From NCBI GenBank assembly GCA_900768545.1, contig CAAGDD010000003.1, positions 4,767 through 68,766 on the forward strand: 64,000 nucleotides of DNA, written 5' to 3'. This stretch comes from Clostridia bacterium (GTDB lineage: Bacteria; Bacillota; Clostridia; Christensenellales; UBA1242). Below, in pieces: positions 37,401-49,400 of the stretch. A program made the position numbers and the translations under genes. The notes under the pieces are model-generated. The model was not told the DNA's origin and did no database searches. It was given only the letters and a program-made list of their open reading frames with translations. Positions within the stretch are counted from its first letter, which is position 1. Each line of letters opens with the position of its first letter.

Positions 37401-40400
37401 CAGTTCCGCCGTTTGAGTTGTAAACAACTTTATATTGATTTGCTTTTGAACTTGCAACAAATGTCAAGCTGTCAACAACATTATAAACAAATTTGATTCC
37501 GTTTTCGTCATAAGTTGTTTCGCCTTGTGTCCACTTGTCGAAGTAGTAGCCAGTCTTTGCAGTTGCGGTCAAAGTGATTGTTTCGCCAAATACAACAGCA
37601 TAAGTATTGTCTTGTCCTTCAATTTTGTTTGCACCAGCAACTTCAATATCTGTGTGAACATCGCCTTCAACTGTAAAGGTGATTGTGTCTGTTTCCCAAG
37701 TTGCAACGAGTGTTACTTCGGCTGCATTTTGAGAAGCAAGATTCATAAACTTAACTGCGTCATTTCCATTGATATACAAGCCGTCAGCAGTTACATTTTG
37801 GTCAGCACTTGTTGTGCCCCATTTTGCAGTGCTATAATCACCGTCAACAACTTTCCAGCCTTTAAATGTGTGTCCAAGTTTTGTTGGAGCAGCAACATCA
37901 AATGCTGTGTCAAATGTAGCTGTGGTGTCAGCCATTGTGTTTCCACCATCAGTGTTATATTTAACTTTGTATGTGATAGCATTCCAGATTGCAGTGATTG
38001 TGTCGTTTCCAACAGCAACAGTATAAGTTTGATTTTCTTCATCCAAATTTCCGTGGAAGTTTTCAGATTTTGTCCAACCACCGAATGTATATCCAACTCT
38101 TGTGAGTGTTGGCAACGAAATCTTTGTTCCATAGTTTTGAGTGATTGTTTCACTAGTCTCGCTAGAATCAGCTTTCTTTCCGCCATTGTAGATGATTGTC
38201 AATGTGTAAGAATCGATTTCTGCGTTTGCTGTGATAGCAACATCTTTGATAAGCATTGTAAGAGTAGTAGTCATGTCAGCAAGTTGTGCACTTGTGTAAT
38301 CTGCGCATGTGTAACCCTTCCAAGAATATCCTGTCATAAGTGTGCTTGCAACTTTAAATTCAGCTCCGTGATACAATACATATTCAACGCCCGCTTCCAC
38401 AGTTGTGCCGGCGAGAGTTGTTTCGCCAAGAGCAACAACAACACTTTCAATTCCGTCAGTCTTTGAAACAGTCAATTTGTATGTGTTTCTTGTAAAGTAA
38501 AGCTTAATTTCAGTTGTTCCAACGCCATTTTCGTCAACTTTAACAACCTTGTCTTGTGCTGCAAGATTTGTCCTTTTAGCATCAAATGTAAAGCCAAGTT
38601 TTGAATATGTTGCACCCTTTCCTTCAAGAACAACTTTTGTGTTGTCTCTTGTATCGAAGGTCAATGTTTCACTTGTTACACCGTCGCCACGATTGTCAGT
38701 AAGAGTTTGTGCGTTGTCATAAGATCCGTCAACACCTGCGAAGATAGTTGTGATCTTATAGTCAATTCCGCTGTTTGCAGTCCATTTAGCATAAACATCA
38801 ATGTTTGCATTGTCAACGTCTGTCAAGTTTTGAACTTTTTGTCCGTCAGTATACAAAATTGTGTCGCTATCTTTTTCTGTCCAGCCAGCGAATGTATAAC
38901 CTATTTTTGCAAATGTGTTTGCATCGAGTGCTGTTTCAACTCCATAGGTCAATGTTTGAACATGAGTTTCTTCTGCACTTGCATCAGGATAATTTGAGTG
39001 GAATGTGATTGTGTAAGTGTGAACTTTCCATTGTGCATAGAATATTGCATCACCAGCATAAATCCATTTTCCTTCGCTATCTGTGTAAGTGATAGAACCA
39101 TTTGTCAAGTTTTTAGCAAGTTTCTTGTCAAGTCCAATTGCAAGAGTGTCACCATCTGCAGATGTGAACCAACCTTTGAATGTGTGACCCTTTCTTTCTG
39201 GAGCAGTAAGGTCAGCAAATTCGCTTGTTGTGTTGAAGACAACTGAAAGTTCAGCTGTGCCTTCGGTGTCTGCATGGTTTTGATCAAGAGTGATCTTGTA
39301 AGTAACTGGGGTCCAGTTTGCAGTCAACTTAATGTCACCATAAGCATGAGCATTCAATACAAGGTCGCCAGCGTTTACTGTCAATGTGCTTTGAACAGTT
39401 TGATCGCAATGAGCATTGTCTGCCCAAGCAGCTGTCCAACCAGCAAATGTGTATCCAACTTTTGATGGATCAGTAAATCTAACTGTTTGTGAAGCCATGT
39501 CAGTGATATAAGTCGTCTTATAATCATTTCCGTCAAGAACAAATCCTTCTGGAACATTAGCATAAGATCCGCCATTCAAGTCACAAACGATGTTGTTTGT
39601 AATTCCTGTGAAGTGCAAATATACATAATATGCATCTGAATTTGCAACTGCTGGCATATTGAATGCTATATCAGCAAATGTTGTTGCTTCTGTTAAATCA
39701 AATCCGAAAGCATATCCAGCATAAGTATATCCAGCATAGAGTTTCAAATCAGAGATTGTGACTTGAGCATCATAATCAATCTTTGGATCAGTATCAAATG
39801 AGCAATAATCGTTGATATCTTTGAATGTTCCAACGCCTTCGATAGTGAGTGTGAATTTATTTACAAGAGTATTTCCACTCAAACCTTTATTGAAGTATCC
39901 ACCGATATCCAATTGATATTGATTTCTTGTGTAGAAGTATTCAACAACGGCATTTCCGTCAGCACTTACAACAACTTGTTGTGCAACAGGTGCTGTAAAT
40001 CCGTCGTAGCTCAAAAGTTGTGCAGTAACTGTTGAGTCTGTTTCGCCGTAGTATTCTTTTGTATCTTTGAGCGTGCAGTTTTCTGTTGTCAAAGCACCAT
40101 CTACGCCAATATTTTCAAGATAATATTTAACTGTGTATTTTGTTCCTGCATTCTTTGTCCAATAACCGAACAATTTTGTTGAATTGTCAGCTGTGACAAA
40201 GTCTGTTGAAGAGATAACTTTGTTTGCATCAACTGCGTCTTCGCCGATAGCATAAGCAGCAGTATAGAAGCCAACAAATGTGTAACCATCTCTTGTGATT
40301 GCTTTTTCAAGATTTGCAAATGAAATGCTTTCTGATCCTGAAACTGATTTGTAAAGTGTTGCGAATGTGCTGTCATAGATCGCATACAATGTAGCTTTTC

Positions 40401-43400
40401 CGTTTGTGAACAAATCTTCAAAGCCAGTAACAGTAGCGGCAGTTGTGCCGTTTGAATTGTAACTATCGTTGAGAGTGATTTCGATAGCAAATCTGTCTGC
40501 TGTGTAAGTAACATTTACTGTTACATTTTCTGCAGGCATTGTTCCGCTAACCGCTGTTTGACTTGCTGTGTATCCAGTGTAAACTGGAGAGACAACATTG
40601 TAAGTTGTGCCATAAACAACATCTTTTTCAACACTTTCAATTGTTGTGTTTTTAACACCTGAGTAATTGATTGTGAGTTTATAAGTATTTGCTTTCCATT
40701 GAGCAGCAAGAACGATGTTTCCATACATTCCTGTCAAAGATTTTGTTTGATCTTCAGCAGCTGCAGCCATTGGGTTTGCATATACTGCGCCAACTGTCCA
40801 ACCACCAAATTCGAAGTTTTCAGATGTTTCGCCGTTTACAGAAACAAGTTTCCAGCCGATGAATGTGTGTCCTTCTTTTGTGAAGCTTGTTGGCAAAGCG
40901 TCTGTACTTTCGATTGTATAAGATTTTGGAGCAGCATCTTCGATATCATATTCGATTGTGTAAGTGTTTGCAACGCCCACAACAGTGATATCAAAGTCAC
41001 CAACTACATATTGATTGTCAATAGTAATTGTTCCGTTTGCTTTGTTATAAACAAAGTTTGCAAAATCAACAAGTCCTGCGCCGACATTTGTCTTAACAAC
41101 GATTGATTCAGGAAGTGAGTATCCTGCATTAGCCGAAATTGTTGCAGTGAAGTCATTTCCGCTTTCGATGTTGTATTTGTCGCCAGATTTGTTTGCATTT
41201 GTTGTGTTTAAGGTAACATTTGTCAAGTTGAATGTTACAGAGTTTGTATCAGCACCCCAAACCGCAACGAGTTTAACATTTCCATATTTACCTTTTGTGA
41301 TTGTTGAAGTGAATTGAGTGTCTTTTGCATACAAAATTGTATCACCGTCCAAAACATCTGCTTCAACTTTCCAATATTCAAATTCATAACCAGTCTTTGT
41401 AGGTTGTGCCAAAGCAGCAGCCGCTCTAACTGTGTATGTTTGAACATAATAATCTCCGTCTTTTGTAAGACCTATTAAAGCGTTTCCGCCGTCAACATTG
41501 TAAGAGATTGTGTAAGTGATTTCTTTGTAGCGAATGTTGATAGTCTTGTCAGCTGCTGGCATATTGCCACTTTCTTCACCGCTAACATAACTATAACCCT
41601 TGATTTCGATAGCCTTAACATCATAAGCTTGACCATAAGCGTAGCTGTTTGATGCAGAAGTTGCCAAAGTTTCATCGGTGTCGCCATAGAGATAGTTTAT
41701 TGTCAAAGTGTAAGACAAACGTTTGTAATAAACATTAACAACGCTTGTGCCGTCGCCGGCGATCTTAACTTCGGTGTAAGTTTCACCACTCAAAATTCCA
41801 AGACCAGCATATTTGAAGCCTTCGATTTGTGGGAATGTGTCACCATTTGCAGCAGCAATCATATTGTATGTGATTGTGTCTTCTGTTTGACCGTTTGCAG
41901 AAATTGCAAGACCGAGAGTTGTTGCGTCGCTGTCAGACATAGCAACATATTCGTCCAAGATTGATCCACCTTCAAGTTTTTGAAGCATATAAACAATCTT
42001 ATAGTTTGCCTTACCTTTATTTGATGATGCAGTCAAAGTGATATTTTCAGCAGGCATATCAAATGTGTAAGTGTTTTGTGTTCCGTCAGCAAGAAGTGTT
42101 GCGTTGCTTGAAGCGAAACTCTTGAATGTGTAACCAGCGTTTACAACAGCGCTAACAGTAACTGACTTGCCAAATTTATATTCGCCAGTGCCAGTCAAAG
42201 TGCCAATTCCGTTGTCACCAACCGCTTTCACAACTGTGAGTGTATATGTGTTTCTTGTGTAGTAAACTCTAACAACTGTGTCGCCTTTTCCGCTCAAGAT
42301 GTTTGTTTCACTTTCATCGCCGTCGTTTACAAACTTAACAGCATTGCGAGTGAATCCAACGATATCTTGTCCACTGATTGTGGTAAGGTCAATAGCTTTG
42401 TCAGTTGTGCCAGTTCCGCTTGTAACAAATTTCAAAGCAGCGATTTCTTCGCTTGTCAATTTTTCAAATTTGTCAACTTCGCTAGCAAAGTCGAGTTTTT
42501 CACGATAGTATTCAACTGTATAAGCAGTATCTGTGTTTGCAGAAGTGCTTGCAGTCAAAGTTACTTTTTCAGTAAGACTTGGCATCTTGAATGAATATGT
42601 ATAAACATTTCCGCTTGCTGTGCAGTCGCTTGCCGAAATACTTGAGAATTGTTGTTCATCACTAGAAGCGAAGCCTTTGAATGTGTAACCATCTTTGATT
42701 GTAACAGTGATTGTTACATTGTTGTTTTCAAGGTCAATAGCATATTTGTATGTTCCAGAGCCTCCAACAGATACGATTCCGTTGTCATCAGCAGCTTTCA
42801 CAACATCAATGCTATAAGACAATCTTTCAAATTTGTATTTAACTACCAATCTGCCAAGAGAGTCAATATTGTTTGTTGTTTCAGTTTCTGTTTCATTTTC
42901 TCTCAAAACAAATTCAACAGCAGCGATTTGCTTAAATCCAACAAACGTCTTCACATATTTTGTGCTTGTGATGTCAACTTCTGTGTTTGTAACGCCAGCA
43001 GCGTGGATAGCCGCTTGAAGAGTATTGTTTTGATAATATTGACCAGCGGTCAAAGTTTCAAACCAATATTCAACAACATATTCAGTGTTGTCGTTTGGTG
43101 TCCATTGAGCATACAAAACAAGGTTGTCAGCAATATCATAATTTGTGATTTCAAATTCGTCAGAATAAGATTTTCCGCTTCCGTCTTTTGCTGCGTTCCA
43201 GTTTACAAACTTGTAACCAACCTTTGTAAAGCCGTTTTTGGTCAATTTTACGCCTTGAGCGAATGTAACGTCAACTGAAGCAGTAGTGCCAGTAGCGTCT
43301 GCGTCATTCTTATCGAATGAGATTGTATATTTGTTTGCAGAGGTATTTGCCTTAACAGCAACTTCGCCGTCTGTCATAACAAATTTGTTTTCATTAAGTG

Positions 43401-46400
43401 TAACGCCACCCTTTTCAATAGTCCAGCCAGTAAATTTATAACCAGCTTTTGCTGTTGCGGTCAAAGTAACATTGACATTATACATAACATTGTATGTCTT
43501 TGTTGTTTCGTCGTATTTGAATCTGTAAGCAGCATATTGATCGTCTGATTTAGCACTATAAGTGTCAATTCCAACGTCGCCGCTGAGATTCAATTTGTAA
43601 GATACACGCTTGTAATAGAACTTAATAACAAGGCTTCCATCACCTTCAATCTTCATTCCTGTAAGATTTGAATTTTCGCTTGTTGAGCCAGTTTCATAAG
43701 AAACCCAGTCAAGTTCGAAACCTGCATATTTAACTGCTTGCAAGTCTGCGATAGATGGAGTTGTGTCTGTTTCACCAGCTTTTTCTCCGCTGTGAACAGT
43801 GACTGTCCATTCGTCGAAGTTGTTATCTTGAACATAAGCTGTTTTTTCATCAGCTGCTGTTCTGCCCATATTAAGCATATATTGAAGTCTATATTTTGTA
43901 TCTGTATTTGCGTCAGCTGTTGCGGTCAAAGCCAAGCTTTCGGTAGGCATTGAAGCAACAACATCATTTTCGCCATCTTTTGTCACTTCGGCAGTGCCAG
44001 AAGATACAGTCCAAGTAATATTGCTATAGCCTTTCTTCAAAACAGCGTTCAAAGTGATCTTCGCACCAAACTTAACAAGTCCGCTTGTTACAGCGCCAGA
44101 AACTGTGTTGCTGTTTGATGTGAATGTAACGCTTTCAATGCCCTTGCCTACGGTCAAAGTAACATTGTAAGACAAGCGTTTGTAATAGATTTCAACGATC
44201 AAACTGCCGTTTCCGTCAACAGTGAGAGAGCCATTGTTTGCGGTGACAATTTCAGTTGTGTCTTCGATTGTTCTAATAGTCTTGTAAGAAACATATTCAA
44301 AGCCAGCCTTTGCTTCTTTCAAAGCGTCAAGGCTAAGGTCAGAATCAGTCAAAGCTGTTCCGTTTGAATTTGTGCTTTCACAAGTGTATTCATCGTTTTC
44401 GATGTTTTGTCTATATTGTTTAACAGTGTATTTTACATAATCCGCTTCTGCGTTTGCGATAAGAGAAACACCCTTTGTCGCGATTGGCATTGTGAATGTG
44501 TAAACACTTCCAGCAGTAACCGCTGTTGGAGCAACAGCTGTGTAACCTTCTGCGTTTGCCCAAGCTTTAAACTTGTAGCCCGCTTTGAGAGTTACGTTTA
44601 ATGTAACAGTTGCTTCATATTTAACAGTATAGGTTCCGTTTGCGTTTTTAACAACAACATCATTTGCAGGAATTTCGGTTGCGTTTACATCTTTCACACC
44701 TTTTTCGCCTTTTGTCAAGGTCAATGTGTAAGATTGTCTATTATAGAATGTGTAGATGCTTGTGATGGCTTCTGCACCTTCAGCAACGGCGTGAACGATA
44801 TCTCCGTCATATTCGTGAGCGAAGTAATCATATCCAGCAAAATCAGTTTTTGCCAAATAGTTTGCAACATTGTCTTCAACGAGAGCGTTGTTGTAAGATC
44901 CGATTTCGTGAACAGTGTAAGTTTTGCCTTCATAGTTTACTTTGCTATTCTTTGCAGGAGCAATATAAACTTTGTTGCCTTTTGTGATTGTGTTTGCTGC
45001 ATTTGCATCAAAAGTAAGATCTTCCCACAAATAATAAAGAGTGTATGGGGTATCGTTTCTTCCAATCCAAGTAGCATAAACAGTGATTGATCCGTTTGCT
45101 TTAAGATCAGTGCCATAATATGTTTTTGCAGTTGTAATCATGTCGTCAGTAACGATATATGAAGCTCTGACTGTGTCAACATCACAAAGTCCTGTCAAGT
45201 CGTTTTGTTTGTTGTTCAAAGATCCGTCGTCGTTTCTGTAAACATAAACATATTTAGTTTCTTTTCCTTCTGCACCTTTCAAGAAGATGTAGGTCTTGTT
45301 GTCAGCGGTTTGTTTTGCTTCGATTGCAGAAACAACAGAAGCAAATTGTGCGTCTGACAAGTCTGCGATTTCGTCAAGTCCAAGATATGCTTTTGCATAA
45401 ACTGTCAAAGCGAGAGCGCGATAGTTTTTGCTTGTTGACCAGCCGTCGAAGTAATATCCATCAAGTTTTGGTTGTGGCCAATAGCCGTCTTGACCGAATT
45501 TTTGGTCAAAGTAAACAGTCTTTGTTGCATTGTCAACATCATCTCTTTGTGGAATTGTTGGAGTGTTTTCACCAGGTTGAGAAGACTTAACATCAAACTT
45601 AACTGTGTAAGCGTTTGCTGTCCAAGTTGTGCTCAATGTGATTTCTGCACCTGTTGAGATGTTGTAAACGTAATAAGTACCAGTGCTCTTGATTACGTAA
45701 ATTCCAGCAGCGGTGATTTGATCGATGCTTGTGATTGTTTGAAGAACATAATTTTCATTTGCCCAGCCTGTGAATGTGTAGCCTTCCAAAGTGAAGACAT
45801 TTGCATTCAAAGCAGTCTTTTGAGCGTAAGTAATAGTTTGTGTGCCCATCGTGCCAACGACTTCTGTTGAAGCCCCAGCAGGTTTAACACCGCTGAATTT
45901 AACAACATATTCATTTGCGCTCCAGATAGCATACAAAGTGATTGTGTCGCCGTTTTTTGTTGTCAAGTTTCTTGCAGTTTTGTCGAAAGTTCCGTCAGCC
46001 TTAACAACATAGTCAGCAACAGTTGCATCTTTGCTCTTTGCCCAGCCGGCAAATGTGTAGCCAGCCAAAGTGAAGCCGTTTTTAGCAAGAGTAACATCTG
46101 TGTCATAAACTGCGCTTGTGCTTGCAGTTGTGCCAGTAGGTTTTCCTACGATAGCAGCGCCGTTTGTGCTTGTTGTGCTTTCGCCACTATATTCAATAGT
46201 GTAATCGTTTGCAACCCAGTTGATGTAGATCTTAATAGTAACATTGCCATTTTCAAAGTCTGTCAAAACGCCAGCCATTTGAGCGATTTGAATAGTTGTA
46301 TAAACAACTGAATCATCAAATGTAGCTTCATTTGCGGTCTTGTAAGCACTTGTTCTAACAGTATGATATCCAACTGGTGGAGTAATTCTGTCATCTGTGC

Positions 46401-49400
46401 AGTCTGTAAGACCTTCTGCAGGTAATGATTTGTCATAAGCAAAAGTTTCAGTCTTTGCTGGTTGAGTTGTTGGATCTGTTGGTTGAACAAATCCGTTTGC
46501 AACGCCAGTTTCAGTAACAGTTCCGCCGTTAAGCATATATTCGATAGTCAAAGTGTTTGCTGTCCATTGAGCATAAACTGAAAGGTCTGCGTCTTTTGTC
46601 CAAGTGATAACTTGACCAGAAGTGTAAACATCGCCAGTTCCGTCAGCGTTTGTTGTCCATTTAGCAAACTTATAACCTTTTCTTGTGGCATCAGCGTTTG
46701 TCAAGAATGTGTAAGATGCGTCGAAGATAGCTTCATTTGTATAAGCGGTTTTTTCGTCAGCGTCTTTTACAATTCCGCCGTTTCCATAATAGTTTACTTT
46801 ATAAGTTTTTGGAGTAACAACAGCAGTAACAGTGATCTTTGCGCCGTCCGCTAAAGTAGGAACGGTGAATGCATTGTTTGCAATAGTTACTTGTTCGCTT
46901 GTCCAGCCAGTGAGTGTATAACCTGCGAGAGCGCTTCCTGAGAGTGTAACTGTGGCAGTTTCTTTAACTTCATAAGTTGTGCCACTTACAAGAGTAACGC
47001 CGCTTCCGCTAGCAGAAAGGTTTGTAGCCTTTGATTTAGCGTCAGTGTTCAAGGTCAATTCGTGACGAACAAGGTCATAATATACATCGATAACAGTTGA
47101 GCCGTCGCCATTGATGTTTGCTGTCAAAACATTTGAAGCCTTGGCTTTGTAAGATGTATAAGTTTTAAGTGCAGCAGTCGCAGTTGTGTCTGTTGTGCCA
47201 GTCAAGTCGTCAGTCTCAGCCAAAGTGTAGCTGCCGTCGAGATTTTCTTTAAAGTGTCTAACTTTGTAAGCAGTGTCAGCGTCAGGTTCAGCGAAGAATG
47301 AGAGTGTGTATCCGTCGCCGTCTGGCATTGAAATTTCTGGATTTGTTCCATTTAAGAAGTCAGTAAGTGTGTATGCAGGTGTTGCTGTGTAAGTAATTGA
47401 TGCAAGGTTGTCAGTAAGCCAGTTTTCAGCCAAATGATAACCAGCGCTCAAAGTGTAATTTGGATAGATTGAATTATACAATCCATACAACACAGAATAT
47501 GTGCTGTCATCAACTTTTGTAACTCCGTCAGTTTCGTTTACATATACATTTTCAAAACCTTTCGATTTAACAAGTTTCAATGTATATGACTTTGTTGTAA
47601 AGTAGAAGTCAAGTTCCAAAGTTCCGTCAGCCAAAACAATAATGTCTTGTGATGTTGTATCAACAACAGTTCCATTGATTTTAAGTTCTTTAAATATCAA
47701 TGCGCTGTTATAGCTACTTGATGCTTTTGCATATTTTGTGATCGTTCCGTTTGTAACAACAATGCTTGATTGTTTTCCACTAGCGGTTTCTTTTTCAACA
47801 TCAGCGATTGACAACAAATATCTAAATGTAAGTTTGTCATCGGTCGAGAAGTCTGTAAATTCGTTTGTGTAATATGTTGATGGAGTAAGAGCTCCTTTTC
47901 TGTCATAAGCAAATGTTTTAACAACTACCTTCACTTTGCCTGGGGTCCAGATTGCGTAAAGGGTAACTGTTTCGCCGCTTGTGGCTGAGAGTTCTGAAGC
48001 AACTGACGCTTCAGTATATTTCACAGCGCCGTTTGCAGTTTCTGCCCAGCCTGCGAATGTATAACCAACTCTTGTATAAACAGCCGAGAAGTCAACATTT
48101 TGTGTGTAAGAATATTGTTGAGTTGCGCTCTTTCCGCTGATCAAAGAAGCCGAACCTTGATAACGGTCATCGTTTGCGTCAAACTTAACATTATATTTGT
48201 TTTCGATCCAGTAAGCATAGATTGTTGTGTCTTCTGTAAATGTCTTGCAAAGTTCGTTTGCAGCAACTCTCCACATTTCGTTGTCTAACAATTTGATTCC
48301 TTCGCCATTTTGTTTTTCGAAGTAACCACCGAATGTGTAGCCAGTCAAAACAGGTTTTCCTGCCGCAAAGTCTTCATTTTTCAAACCTTGTGTGCATTCA
48401 ACATCTTTGTAATAACTATAACTTGGAGAATTGAGTTGCATATATTTGTAATACAATTCAGTCAAACTTGTTGCTCCGCCTTGTGGGTCGAGAGTGATGT
48501 GGATAGTTTTTGGTGTCCAAACTGCGTAGAGATTATAAACCGCTCCGGCAGTTGTGCAGCCGTTTGTAACACTAGCGCCGTCAGCATACATCGCCGAAGT
48601 AGCTGCTTCGTCAGTTGACCAACCAGCAAAGTTGTAACCTGCTTTTGTCCAACCAAGGTCAGCGATCTTTGTCAAAGCTTGAGCCTTGTCAAATTCTGCG
48701 CTAATGTCTTTTGTAAGTTCGCTCGAAGTTCCGCTATTTGCGTGGAGTCTAATCGTGTAAGAGATAGCCGACCATATTGCTTTGAATGTGACATTTCCAT
48801 AATTGTTTGCGCCAACATTCAAGTTTCCATTTGAAAGGGTAATCAAATTGTAAACAGCGTTTTCATCAGCGTTTGTTTTAGCAACAGTTTCCCAACCAGC
48901 GAATGTGTAACCTGATCTTGTAGGATTTGTTACAGCAGTGTAAGATTTAACCAAATAGAATGTTTGATATTTTATTGTTGCTGTATGCTTATCAGCCGAA
49001 ACTGTAATGCTTGAATCTTGTTCACCAAATTCACCACCATTTGCGTCGAAAGTAGTTGTATATTCATTTCCTTCGAAGCCGAGTAAAACGATCTGTCTAT
49101 GATCTGCGACTGTAAATTCGAAAGTAGATTGATTTGTAAATGATTCAGCGTCATTATCAACCCCAATCGAATAACCAAGATATGTATATCCGCCATATAC
49201 TTTGAGATTTTCAAATCTAATTGTAGAGCCGTAGTAAACAGAAGAGTAAAAATCATTAACATCTTCACCGTCACTAGTTGTATATATTTTGCCATTTAAA
49301 TAGATTTCAAGAGTGTTCAAACTAATGCTGTCATAAATGTTGAATGAGCCGTCATACTTAAATGCTCCGTTCAAATCAACTTCATACACATTTCTATCAA

